Source: Candidatus Poribacteria bacterium (lineage in GTDB: Bacteria > Poribacteria > WGA-4E > UBA9662). Taken from it: 64,000 nucleotides of DNA. The notes beneath the pieces were generated by a model that was not told the DNA's origin, made no database searches, and saw only the letters and a program-made list of their open reading frames with translations. Positions 39,450-50,200 of this stretch are shown in pieces. The position numbers and the translations under genes are program-made. Location of the stretch: contig JAYZAL010000066.1 in the NCBI GenBank assembly GCA_036339735.1, forward strand, positions 1 to 64,000, read 5' to 3'. The stretch's first letter is position 1; every line of letters begins with the position of its first letter.

Positions 39450-40784
39450 TTGAAATATAAAACTAAAATTGGTTTTAGCAATGGTAGCGAGTCTGTTTGT
39501 ACTGGCAACCAATCCACTATTAATTCTTATTCACTTTTTTTACTTTTTGCTGTCTTTTTGATTCAACCATTGGCTGAATCAAAAATCATACCGATTCAAT
39601 CTTTTTATCAAACTCAGACCGTTTCCATCCAGTCAGGAGATACTCTTTGGAAATTAGCCCAAAAATACTACGGACATGGCCAAAATTGGACACACTTTCA
39701 AAGAGATAATCGTTTCACTGATCCACACATGGTTTATCCTGGTGATCAACTGAATATTCGTCTTCATGCTCCAGCTGGAGTTGGAATAATGAATAGTGCT
39801 AGGGCCGCCGTATCAGTAGTTGCGTCTACAGCTGGATTTGTAGATCCGGTTGTTTTGGAGTACGAGTGGGAAAATAAAAAATACCAAATTACTAACTCCG
39901 AATTCGTGACTGCCTTCCAAGATTTGCCCAGTTATAAACAAGAGAACTATGTAAGTGATGAAGGCGGAATTACTACTTATTTGGAAGAGTATGTTGGCGA
40001 AAAACTAAAGCTTTTAGCAGCGAGATCAAACGGCTTTGATAAAGATGATGATATTATTCGAAAAGCCGAAGATTACCGAAACCAATTGCTGGTCGAGCGA
40101 TTAACTGAAGTCGAAGTCGATGAGAAAATTGCCTATTCAGAAAAAGAATTGGTTGAATACTATGAGGAGAATAAGACTGAGTACATCGAAGAAGAAACTG
40201 TTCGGGCAACATGTGTTTCTCTAACTGATGAAAAGAAAGCTGAGAAAGCATATGCTATGTATCAAGAGGGGATCGATTTGGCTGAAATAGCTGAAACCTT
40301 CAAGAATGACTTGCAAGGTCCTGGCGATAGTCAGAATGATCCTGGCAACACTGGGGAATTTCGTCGAGATGCTAGTGAGAACTGGATGCCTTTCGTTGAA
40401 GCTATGTTCGGAATGGAAGTAGGAGAAGAGTCTACTGAACAAATGGAACTTGATGTTGGTGATAATGTATTCTACCTACTGTTCCGGAAGGAATCACAAA
40501 CGCCCGCACGACAACAAACGTTCGAAGAGGTTCGCGACAGCATCGTTACGATAATCGAGCAGCAGAAAAAACGAGAACGAATTTTGGCTTGGGTAGAAGA
40601 CGTAACAGCCAAAGGAAAGCTAAAGTTTTACCCAGATAAAGTCCCCGTACCCGAGGTACCATCCGATGATGAAGAGTCATCTGAAGAGTCATCTGAAGAG
40701 TCATCTGAAGAATCATCTGAAGAATCATCTGAAGAGTCATCTGAAGAATCATCTGAAGAATCAAATGCCGAGGAGGAAAAGTAG
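39450..40784 (+). CDS. LysM domain plus PrsA/SurA-like parvulin (PpiC-type) foldase with acidic EESS-repeat tail
   Basis: IQSGDTLWKLAQKYYG..DPHMVYPGDQLNI (LysM); helical SurA-N-like region; VRATC, PGNTGEF, QTFEEVRDSI. Start codon uncertain. Confidence 0.8.
   Translation: MKYKTKIGFSNGSESVCTGNQSTINSYSLFLLFAVFLIQPLAESKIIPIQSFYQTQTVSIQSGDTLWKLAQKYYGHGQNWTHFQRDNRFTDPHMVYPGDQLNIRLHAPAGVGIMNSARAAVSVVASTAGFVDPVVLEYEWENKKYQITNSEFVTAFQDLPSYKQENYVSDEGGITTYLEEYVGEKLKLLAARSNGFDKDDDIIRKAEDYRNQLLVERLTEVEVDEKIAYSEKELVEYYEENKTEYIEEETVRATCVSLTDEKKAEKAYAMYQEGIDLAEIAETFKNDLQGPGDSQNDPGNTGEFRRDASENWMPFVEAMFGMEVGEESTEQMELDVGDNVFYLLFRKESQTPARQQTFEEVRDSIVTIIEQQKKRERILAWVEDVTAKGKLKFYPDKVPVPEVPSDDEESSEESSEESSEESSEESSEESSEESSEESNAEEEK
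40671..40763 (+). repeat. In-frame 12-bp tandem repeat GAAGA(G/A)TCATCT, seven units plus a partial eighth, encoding (EESS)n
   Basis: Units read directly at 40671, 40683, 40695, 40707, 40719, 40731 and 40743; partial at 40755. Confidence 0.97.
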
Positions 40785-40786
40785 TA

Positions 40787-41800
40787 ATGCAGTACTATCT
40801 AAATACGATATGCAAATTTGGTCAAAGTTGTTTCTTGATAATCCTTGCAGTAATGTTAGGTTGTAGTGGTAAAGCCAATGCAATCGATGGTACTGTGATT
40901 GCTGAATTTGAGTGGAAAGGAAAGCACCAAATCACATTGGAAGAAATGATGGAGGAAATCAGTGAGTTACCTGAATACAAGCAAAATCAGTATGCGAAAA
41001 GTAAGGAAGGCCTCGTTGAATATATGACACTGATGGCGGAAAGCCGACTGATTTTGCTTATGGCTAAGGAACAAGATTTAGACCAGAAGGGAGAAATTAA
41101 AAGAAAGGTTCAAGAGTATCTTCATGAATTGATGGTGGAACAAATCACGGATATTGAAGTGGAACAGAAGGTCAAACCAACTGACGACGACTTTCAAACC
41201 TACTACGAAGAAAATAAAAAAGACTATGTAAGCCCAGATCAGGTTAGGGTTACCTGTATCGCTGTTTCCGATCAAGAAACAGCTACCAAGGCTTTGACAG
41301 AAATCCACCAAGAAGGACGAGATATCACTGAAATTGCGAGGGAATTATCCGATAAAGGCCAACTGGAAGGTCCAGGATCAGACCCAAGTAATCCTGGTGA
41401 TACCGATTTCTTCTCACGTGAGAGTTTTTCGCAGGTAGTCAAACCATTTGTAGATAAAGCGTTTGAAATGGAAATTGGCGATATAAACGAAGAGCTAGTT
41501 GAAGTAGAAGTCCAAGGCTCCAAGTACTACATGATATTTCGTAAAGAAGAGTTTAAAAAAGAGCGACAGAAGCCCTATGAGGAAGTCAAAGACGATGTCG
41601 CTTACGAAGCTGAAGAGAAGTTACGGTCAGACTTAACAAAAGCTTGGCTAGGTAAGTTAAAAGACCAGGCTTCCGTTAAGATATTTGGAGACCGAATTGA
41701 GTTGCCAAAGACTGAGGAGACAGAAAAAATGGAATCTGCGGGTGAAGGTACAAGTGATGAAGTAGAGAACGTGCCTTCCAATGAACCAGCGAAGGAGTAG
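40787..41800 (+). CDS. PrsA-like parvulin foldase, probable lipoprotein; paralogue of the upstream gene
   Basis: Lipobox-like MLGC; YYEENK, VRVTCI, PGDTDFF, KAFEMEIG, KPYEEVKDDV. Confidence 0.85.
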   Translation: MQYYLNTICKFGQSCFLIILAVMLGCSGKANAIDGTVIAEFEWKGKHQITLEEMMEEISELPEYKQNQYAKSKEGLVEYMTLMAESRLILLMAKEQDLDQKGEIKRKVQEYLHELMVEQITDIEVEQKVKPTDDDFQTYYEENKKDYVSPDQVRVTCIAVSDQETATKALTEIHQEGRDITEIARELSDKGQLEGPGSDPSNPGDTDFFSRESFSQVVKPFVDKAFEMEIGDINEELVEVEVQGSKYYMIFRKEEFKKERQKPYEEVKDDVAYEAEEKLRSDLTKAWLGKLKDQASVKIFGDRIELPKTEETEKMESAGEGTSDEVENVPSNEPAKE

Positions 41801-41809
41801 CTAAAAACA

Positions 41810-41840
41810 TGTGGTTAGCCAGTGATTCTGGCTAGCCACA
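41810..41840. terminator. Intergenic hairpin (terminator or mRNA stabiliser)
   Basis: TGTGGTTAGCCAG-TGATT-CTGGCTAGCCACA, 13-bp stem with one G-U; no strong T-tract on the + strand. Confidence 0.5.
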
Positions 41841-41861
41841 CTAATAAAACCAAGATTAAAA

Positions 41862-43256
41862 ATGAAATACTACCAACACATTACTCTTTTTGGTTTGGCC
41901 TTCTGCCAATGTATCGTTTTCGGCATACTAGATTTTGCGTCAGTGGAAGCCAAAACTTTTGACCGTATCATTGCTCAGGTCAACAATGAAATTATTACCG
42001 AATGGGAATTGACCACCTTAGTCAAGCAACGGTCAATTGAGTTACAGCGTGGATTCGGTGTCAATGACGAAGAGGCAATTCGTCAGGCTGAACAAGATAG
42101 ATCAAAATTGTTGGATCAGTATATCCGTCAATTATTGTTAGTTGAAACAGCTTTAACCTTAAAAGATCAAATTCAGGTTACTGATCAAGAAGTAGACCAG
42201 CGGATTAACACCTTTAAAGAAAGTGCAGGTATCGAAACAGAAAGTGATTTTCTGGAACAACTCAAAAGAGAAGGATTGACTTTTACAGCTTTCCGCGAGC
42301 AAACCAAACGAAATCTGATGGCAGAACGGCTGATCATGAAGCGAGTTTTACCTAAGCTACAGGTCAGAGATCAAGAAATAGAAGACTTTTTTTCCGAAAA
42401 CAGAGAGCAGTTTCCTAACAAAACAGATGAGGTTTATTTGAAGCACATTTTTATTCCTTATGAGCCCACAACGAACGACAAGAAGTTGACACGCCAGAAG
42501 GTTGAAAATGCAATTACAGACCTGACGCTCGGAGATAAATTCGAAGATATTGCTGCTCAGATGTCCATTAAAACAAGTTTAGATCGTCAGCAAACAACTG
42601 GTAAGATGGTAGAAATATCCTTAGATGAAATGAAAAGTTTGTCTACACTTTTTCAAAAATCATTAGCTGATTTAAGCTCTGGGCAAATTAGTCAACCGGT
42701 GGAGTCCGTCGATGGCTTCTACGTTTTTAGAGTTGAAAAAAAGAATGATCAAAAAATTGTTTTTCAATACTTTCTGACCCCCTTCCAGATCAGCCAAACT
42801 GCAAAAGAGAAGGCACTTCAAAAGTCAGAACAGCTTGTTGAAAAACTCGATCAAGGTAGTGACTTTGACCAAGTGCTGCAAACACACCGCCAAACAACTT
42901 CGGGGTATGACTCAGAACTCGAAAAAAATAGGTTTGGTGGAGACTTGGGATTTCAACCATTAGCCAATCTATCGACCGAAATTCGTAAAGTAGTCGAATC
43001 ATTGGGGGTTGGTGTTTATAGTGGCCCAGTTGAAACTAGTTCTGGGTTTCATATTTTTATTGTTATTGACAAACAGAAAAGCCAGTTAAATGAAAAAGAA
43101 AAAGAGCAGGTAAATCTTTACTTGAGAGATCAAAAGTTTCAAAAAGAATGGAAGAACTATACGAATCTTCTAATTGAATATTCATTTGTCAAATACTTTG
43201 ACCCAAAATTGATCATTGAACCGACTGAAAACGAGGGTGCCACGGCTATCGAATGA
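41862..43256 (+). CDS. surA: SurA-like periplasmic chaperone (SurA-N plus two parvulin domains)
   Basis: Signal peptide; DRIIAQVNNEIITEWEL, LKHIFI, GQISQPVES..GFYVF, GGDLGF, GPVETSSGFHIF. Confidence 0.85.
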   Translation: MKYYQHITLFGLAFCQCIVFGILDFASVEAKTFDRIIAQVNNEIITEWELTTLVKQRSIELQRGFGVNDEEAIRQAEQDRSKLLDQYIRQLLLVETALTLKDQIQVTDQEVDQRINTFKESAGIETESDFLEQLKREGLTFTAFREQTKRNLMAERLIMKRVLPKLQVRDQEIEDFFSENREQFPNKTDEVYLKHIFIPYEPTTNDKKLTRQKVENAITDLTLGDKFEDIAAQMSIKTSLDRQQTTGKMVEISLDEMKSLSTLFQKSLADLSSGQISQPVESVDGFYVFRVEKKNDQKIVFQYFLTPFQISQTAKEKALQKSEQLVEKLDQGSDFDQVLQTHRQTTSGYDSELEKNRFGGDLGFQPLANLSTEIRKVVESLGVGVYSGPVETSSGFHIFIVIDKQKSQLNEKEKEQVNLYLRDQKFQKEWKNYTNLLIEYSFVKYFDPKLIIEPTENEGATAIE

Positions 43257-46200
43257 CCCGCCCCAGTAATTCGGCGAGTCAGCAACAACTCTCTGCCATC
43301 CACGCTTTGTCTGTAAGCTTGCTCTCCGGTCTGTTCCTGTTGCTTCCATTCGGTCTTGACCACGTTTTGGCGCAAGATACATCAACTGGGCCCGTACTTA
43401 CCTCCCAAATAAATACCGAATCAAAAGATAATAACACTAGTGAGACACCACCGGTGCTCTCTCCTCAGCTTAATTCTCGGTCGGATCTTCTAAGACCAGA
43501 AGAAACAGAACCAGAAGAGGGTAAAATTATTGGTAAGGGAGATGAACTATTTCTAGTAGGAAATTTAGTTCACATTCATGGTAATGCACTAGTTAAGTCA
43601 GGAGATATGACTCTTTATGCTGACCACGTTTGGGCTGACTTCGATCAAAATCTACTACGAGCCTCTGGTAATGTTAGATTAATTTCTGGTCAAGAACGTA
43701 CTTACTCGAATGAACTTCTTTTCAATTTAGACAATAGAAAAGGTATTATCCGTCAAGGTTCGACTTATAGTGAACCCTGGTATTATCGGGGAAATGAAAT
43801 TTTCAAGACTGAGGACGACGAATCCTATATTCGCAAAGGATCATTGACTACCTGTTCCTTGAAACACCCACATTATTATTTCAGTAGTTCAGAGATTATA
43901 GTTAAGGTTGACAAAGAGTTGATTGCCAAAAATGTAGTCCTCAAAATTGGTGGAATTCCGCTTTTTTATATTCCAGCTTATCGTCGCGATTTACGTACCG
44001 ACAAATTAGCCAAGGTAATTGTAAGGTTAGGAACAGATAGCTATCAGGGACCATTTTTAAGCATTGAGTTGCCACTATCCCGCAAAAGGAGGCTGGATGC
44101 ACGTCTAATGTTCGACCATACCTCCAGAAGGGGACGTGGGGGAGGAGCCGATAGTACTTATCAAATTAACGATACACGTTATGATGAAATTTTTATCCCC
44201 ATCTTTCATGATGCCACTCCTAGCGAGAAGAAAAAATTAGAAGACCTCGCAACTGAGATTAGGGAAAAACTTGATGGAGATCATGATTCATACAAATTGA
44301 AGGAACTCTTCCTAGAATATCGGTTGGAGCCAGAGGATCTTGCTCGAGCCAAGGACAAAGTAGAAAAAATTTATAATAAACTAACAACTGATCTAATCAC
44401 GACCGAAGCTGATCAGCCATCCGATCCATTACCGTTAGGATCAGAAGCCGCTTTTGCACAAATCGCACAGGAGAACTCAGATCACCAAGAAACTCGCTAT
44501 GAGGGTGGAGATATGGGCTATATTATACGTGGTGAAGTCGACGAAGAAGGAAAACGACGACTAAGTCCTATGTTGGAGGATGCTGTTTTTTCATTGTCAG
44601 CTGGACAAATTAGTCCAATCCTAAAAACCAATTTTGCTTATCATATTTTTAGGGTCGATCATGTATTAGAAGTTTACGGAAAGAAAGAGATTAAGCTCCG
44701 CCGTATCGATATCAAAATTAGTCCGACGAGCGAAACGAAAGATCAAATACGCGAACTCGCTGATAAGATCCAAGAACAAGCAGTAGATGGTAAGGACTTA
44801 GCTGATTTGGCATTAAAAAACAAAGGTGCTATCTGGCGAAATGTCAATAATGGAGACTGGTTACCCCTAAACGAAATGGACGACAGATGGCAGTATTCGG
44901 TTAGACGGTTGGAAGAAGTGGGGGATGTAACTACAACGGTTATGACTGACAGAGGCGTACACATTTTTCAACTTGTTCAAAAAATGCCGACACCTACCTT
45001 CGCTGAATTAGCCAGCGAATTTGAGTCTCAGTACGGAGATTGGTTGCGTGAAGAGTATGAACGCCGCAAACCGGAAGAAAAAAAACAATCTCAGAGTTTT
45101 CTGATGGGTACAACTGCAGAGCGAGCCCCCCTCAAAAGAAAGCCTTCTAATATAGATGAGAAGAAGGAATTACCAAATCAAGCACCTTCGGAGACATCGA
45201 CAATTGATGAAGATGGAGTTGTAGAGCAAAAGGAACAATTAGAAGTTTTCCGTCAACATGACTTTCAGGGTAGTTGGCAAAATGAAAAGGCTGTTGCACG
45301 ACAAGCTCGTCAGTTAAATCGGGGCGAAACGAGTAACATTATCGATAGTAAAATAGGTTTCCACCTCATAGATATCAAAAAAAAGCGAACTTATCGGGGT
45401 GATTTTTACTTGTATGGCCAAGATCAATATTCCTATTCGCGAAAAGATGCTATGAAAATTGGGCGAGAATACGTTGCGCGGTGGGGGCATTATCATAGTA
45501 TCTACACACCTTGGGATAAACCAGAAGAGGGAAGAAAACCCCTTAACTTCATGGGAAGAGCTGAATGGCAAGCACGCCATTACGATGAAAATTATGGTAC
45601 ATCTGAATCGGCTATTCATTCTTTTGGTATGTTGACATGGGGAAATGCTTTTTCTGCTTGGGATACAGATGATCGCGATGCTGACGGCAATCTGAAATTT
45701 TCTACCAAAACTATTGGTGAGTTTTTAGGTCGTTTACAATTCAGTCATTCGTATGAATTAATCGAAAGTGATGTTGCATCTACCCTACAAAAACTACCTG
45801 AGTTATCTCTTCACTTTTCCCGAATGAGAATGAGTAACTTGCCTGTTTTTGAAACTATCAATGACACACTGGTCAAAATTTCGGAAAAAACAAAAACTAA
45901 TATACCTATATTGTCTCTCATATCTCTTCCTACTCTAGAAGATGCTTCATTTGATTTAGATATGAATTTAGGTAATTTTTTTAGAAAACGTTATGAAAAA
46001 GAGCAAGATGTTTATTTGAAAACAGGAGTGATGGGATTCGACATTCAAAAACAATCGACACTCAAGTTATCTTCTACACGGGAAGTTCGCCTAGATCTTG
46101 GCTTCGATTCTGATGCTGTATGGCATGATCGAGATCGGGATGGCCATAAAAACATTCTGAGGGGTATCTATAGCCTCAACGCCGATGCTCGCAACATATT

Positions 46201-47056
46201 ATTTCGTATCTATGACATTAGCTGGATTCCTGGAGCACGACGCCTAAGACACCAGATCAATTCTGGCGTGTATTTTAATTATCAGCCTGCCGTAGATCGG
46301 GATGAAAACAGCCGCTTATATCCCTTTGGACCAAGTACTTATTTTTACGAGCGCAAAGATATTAGCTACACATTAGAAACAAGCATTGAAATCAAAACGC
46401 GTAAGCATCGATCAGCTCTAAGATTGATCGATTTTCGCACCCAATTGCGTGGGGATTTTACAGAATATGCAGCTGAAAACAATAGGACTTATGATTATAT
46501 AGAGAGCGATATCACTCTCACACCACTACCCAATCGCACGATGAGTATTATCATGCGTACTACTCATGATCCTAACCCATCAGAGGTAGATGGGAAAAGA
46601 TTTAAACAAGTAGGTTTTCGCTCTAATTTTAGTTATCGTCGCGAAAAATGGAATCTAACTTTCGGTAACTCGTTCAGTAAACGAACAAGTTATGCCTCTC
46701 GTCGTATTAACACAAGTTTTCAATATCGTCCCAATTCAATGTTCGAAGTCGACTTTAATGCTGACTATGACTGGGTGGAAAAACAGTTTTATTCTCAAAG
46801 TTTAACCATTCGAAGGAACCTACATGATTGGGACTTGCGACTTTCCTGGCATCGGATTGGCATCAAAAGGCCACCTGATTTTAACAGTGTACGACAAGAT
46901 TTCACCTTTCAAATTAACCTGATTGCTGACTCAGCTGCTTCGGTTGGTCTCGGTTACGATGCAGTAACTGAGACTTGGGGCTTCCGTAGCCTGCCAGTTG
47001 GTGTACCTTATAACGCTTTTGGTGTTGGTAATGCTATGAGTCGCTCATATTTCTAA
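43253..47056 (+). CDS. lptD: LPS-assembly protein LptD-like outer-membrane protein with inserted parvulin domains
   Basis: OstA jellyroll (GNALVK..TLYAD..ASGNVRL), SLTTCSLKHPHY, KNVVLKIGGIPLFYIP, DHTSRRG, C-terminal barrel with RRNLHDW..FTFQINL. Internal GGDMGY, GQISPILKTNFAYHIF, GVHIF and GFHLI parvulin motifs. ATGA overlap with surA. Confidence 0.8.
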   Translation: MTRPSNSASQQQLSAIHALSVSLLSGLFLLLPFGLDHVLAQDTSTGPVLTSQINTESKDNNTSETPPVLSPQLNSRSDLLRPEETEPEEGKIIGKGDELFLVGNLVHIHGNALVKSGDMTLYADHVWADFDQNLLRASGNVRLISGQERTYSNELLFNLDNRKGIIRQGSTYSEPWYYRGNEIFKTEDDESYIRKGSLTTCSLKHPHYYFSSSEIIVKVDKELIAKNVVLKIGGIPLFYIPAYRRDLRTDKLAKVIVRLGTDSYQGPFLSIELPLSRKRRLDARLMFDHTSRRGRGGGADSTYQINDTRYDEIFIPIFHDATPSEKKKLEDLATEIREKLDGDHDSYKLKELFLEYRLEPEDLARAKDKVEKIYNKLTTDLITTEADQPSDPLPLGSEAAFAQIAQENSDHQETRYEGGDMGYIIRGEVDEEGKRRLSPMLEDAVFSLSAGQISPILKTNFAYHIFRVDHVLEVYGKKEIKLRRIDIKISPTSETKDQIRELADKIQEQAVDGKDLADLALKNKGAIWRNVNNGDWLPLNEMDDRWQYSVRRLEEVGDVTTTVMTDRGVHIFQLVQKMPTPTFAELASEFESQYGDWLREEYERRKPEEKKQSQSFLMGTTAERAPLKRKPSNIDEKKELPNQAPSETSTIDEDGVVEQKEQLEVFRQHDFQGSWQNEKAVARQARQLNRGETSNIIDSKIGFHLIDIKKKRTYRGDFYLYGQDQYSYSRKDAMKIGREYVARWGHYHSIYTPWDKPEEGRKPLNFMGRAEWQARHYDENYGTSESAIHSFGMLTWGNAFSAWDTDDRDADGNLKFSTKTIGEFLGRLQFSHSYELIESDVASTLQKLPELSLHFSRMRMSNLPVFETINDTLVKISEKTKTNIPILSLISLPTLEDASFDLDMNLGNFFRKRYEKEQDVYLKTGVMGFDIQKQSTLKLSSTREVRLDLGFDSDAVWHDRDRDGHKNILRGIYSLNADARNILFRIYDISWIPGARRLRHQINSGVYFNYQPAVDRDENSRLYPFGPSTYFYERKDISYTLETSIEIKTRKHRSALRLIDFRTQLRGDFTEYAAENNRTYDYIESDITLTPLPNRTMSIIMRTTHDPNPSEVDGKRFKQVGFRSNFSYRREKWNLTFGNSFSKRTSYASRRINTSFQYRPNSMFEVDFNADYDWVEKQFYSQSLTIRRNLHDWDLRLSWHRIGIKRPPDFNSVRQDFTFQINLIADSAASVGLGYDAVTETWGFRSLPVGVPYNAFGVGNAMSRSYF

Positions 47057-47281
47057 ACGAACTTTTCCGATTAGATAAACAAAAGTTTGAGTTGCTGAAC
47101 ATCAACCAAACGATCGGTTCTACGTCTAAAACAGGTCGAAAATCAAATATAGGCATAAAGATAGATTCAGCAAAAGCTAAGGCGTCCGAATTCGCCACTG
47201 TTGATCATCGAAATTACACTTCCATATCAAGTTATACAAGATCAGAAGTAGCATTCATTAAAATTTACGGGGGACAGTATT

Positions 47282-50200
47282 TTGGGTAAAAGGGGCTTGA
47301 GTTGCAAGGATAGCCAAGCGAGTATCAGTGTGCAGGCACCAATCACGGGAATTAGTCTAGGTGTCATTTGGTGGTATGTTCTTTGTTCATGTATCAGCGT
47401 TTATGCTGCCGATTTTGCCATTCCACCGCAAGTTCTTGACGATACGACAGAAATAGACGCAGTTTTTAGTCCCAATGGTGATAACATCCAAGATAAGGTC
47501 GTCATTGTCTTTGAAATGGATGGTACAACCGGTGAGTACGAGATAATCATCGATGTCCATGGGCCAGGCGGTGTTGGTAAACCTGACGGTCAGTTCAATG
47601 TAGATGATGACTGGTCAGTTTTAGGTAAGTTTGGCCCTGGTGTAACAATCAATGATGCCCCTAAGCGTTTTCGTATTGAATGGGATGGAAGAGATAGTGT
47701 TGCTGGAACAGCTAAAACTGTAACTGATGGAAACTATCAACTGCGCCTGCAAGTTGACTTTTTTCAGAATGAAATATTGGATCCAATACAGGATTCACAC
47801 TCCCAAATCTTTCCTATAATTGTTGATACAGAATCACCACAAACGTCGGCTAAGTTGGAAAGAACAGGCTTCTCACCCAATGGTGATGGTAACCGTGACC
47901 AACTACCTATTAACTATGTTTTAGGAGAACAATTATCCGGCCTGGAACTATTAGTTCCAAGCCATTCATCAATTCAATTATCGGACCTAGCAGCAGGCAA
48001 TCAAATTTTCAACTGGAATGGACAAGACGGGCTTGGAGCTGTTCTGCCAGACGAGTCTTACAATCTTCAATTAAGAAGTTTGGATTTAGCCGGTAACGAA
48101 AGTATCGTTTCTCTAGGGCAGATTTGGCTTGATACAAAAAAACCAACTATCAGCCAAATAATTCCATCTCCTGATGCCAAAGTGAATACTACAGTCAATG
48201 AGTTGATAGCTACCTTTGAAAGTGGAACAGGTAGTCAGATTGACTTTGATAACTCGATTATAAGTTTGACTCATCTTGATGAAACTATTCAAAATGGGAC
48301 TGTTAGTTATGAGAATATGACCTTGAGGCTAACATTAGAGAATTCTCTTAATTTGGCTTCAGAGAATGGGCTTTACACAGTGAATGTGCAAGCTGTTGAC
48401 CTCGCGGGAAATAGGGAAGTCTCAACTTTCAATTTGGTTTTTGATACGATTCAACCATCAGTACTACAAATTCGTCTCGATGAAGACAACTTGCGTGACC
48501 GAGTTCATGTTAATAGTAGTATCGGTTATATTGAGGCAGACCTAAGTGATAATCTTTCTGGATTAGATTTGGCAAATTCACTTCTGCAATTGTCAAAATC
48601 AGGTACAGTTGTAGATGGAGTTCAGTTACAGATCGATACCGATACAATTCGTTTTCAACTTAGCCGAGCACTTAAATCAGACGGGAGTGATGATGGAGCT
48701 TACGAAATCCTGCTTACGGTATTTGACACAGCGGGTAACAGTCAGGTACAAACACATCCGCTAGTTTACGATACTACAGCCCCTACTTTGATAGGAACAA
48801 ACCCTCCAGATCTTTCACAAGAAAAAGTCCGTATAGATCAAGCTGTAGCAACAATTGAGCTCACCTTTTCTGACCAAAACGATAATGTTGTTACTTCTGG
48901 GCTAAGCTTTGATGAGACGACAGTTTTTGTCACTAAAAGTGATGGAACGTTAGTCTCTACAATTAAGCAGGTCACTTCTCCTTCTAATTTAGAGCTACGC
49001 TTTTCTAGTTCTCTGACTGCTGGTGATTATACACTTTCATTCGTAGCAAGCGATAAAGCAGGCAATCAAGGAAAAGAAACTAACTATCCTTTCTATATCG
49101 ACCTGAGGGTACCAGAAATACAATTCACGCCAAATAACGTACCATTGGCTACATTAGAAGCAGTCTCAGCTCAATTGATAAACTATACTGGGATTGGTTT
49201 AGATCTGGTTAGGTCTAGCCTACTAGTTCAAGACGTTAGTGGTAATACGATTCCATCCCAAAAGACCGAGATAGTTGATCAATCTCTAGTTTGGCATATC
49301 AAAAACCAGTTACCAAAAAATGGAAGTCAAGATGGAAATTACATAGCCACGGCCAACTTTGCTGATTTTGAAGGTAGAACCTATACAGCGAGTTCGACCT
49401 TGACTGTTGATACGCTACCACCTACTATTGACAAGACCATCCCTGTTGATGGTTCGAAAGTCTCTGTCCTAAAAGAAGTTGACGTATTCCTAAACGACAA
49501 TTTAAGTGGAATTGACTTTAGTCAAACCGAAGTCTTGTTAAGTTCAGACGGTGGTACAATTTCTACCACAAAAAGTGATAATGGAGACAATCACATAAGA
49601 CTCACCTTTACTGACCGCCACGCGGACGGGTCGGCGGATGGTTTGTATACGGTTGGTATCACGGCAGTTGATTTAGCCGGAAATATTAGTGGGACTCAAA
49701 ACGTGTCCTTCTACCTAGTCACACAAAAGCCGGAAATTATTTCGGTTACACCGTCTGCTAACTCTCGAATCAATCATTTATCTACAATTTCTGCATCATT
49801 GTTGGATCTTAGTGGAAAGGGTATTGATTTTGATAAAACAACCATTACTTTGTCCAATTCTAGCGGTGAAGTTCTGGGTGGAACCTCATTAACACATACT
49901 GACTCACAGATCACATTAACAGGAATAGAATTACCTACAGATGGATCGGCAGATGGTATATATACTATGTTAATCACATTAGTAGATAAACTTGGTTCCA
50001 CAGCAGAAAAGCTGCAAAAAATTCACTATGATACGCAACCACCTGTCATGAGGACAAGCAATCAATCCTTCGAGAGACTATCAACAGACCAGGTGTCAGT
50101 TAGCTTCGAGGTAGTTGATTCCGGCAGTGGAATTGATATTACTAACTCTAGCCTACAGCTATCCAATACCGATGGAACAGTAGTCCCAGGCCAGTTTAGT

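Noticed and set aside
40546-40866. ORFs with MILQ/MTLQ and SHLK/NHLK repeats; possible CRISPR-like array
   Set aside because: Alternative-frame readings of the 12-bp EESS repeat; the units are contiguous with no spacers.
47092-47289. 65-aa ORF between lptD and the giant protein
   Set aside because: No Shine-Dalgarno or recognisable features; cannot be supported.
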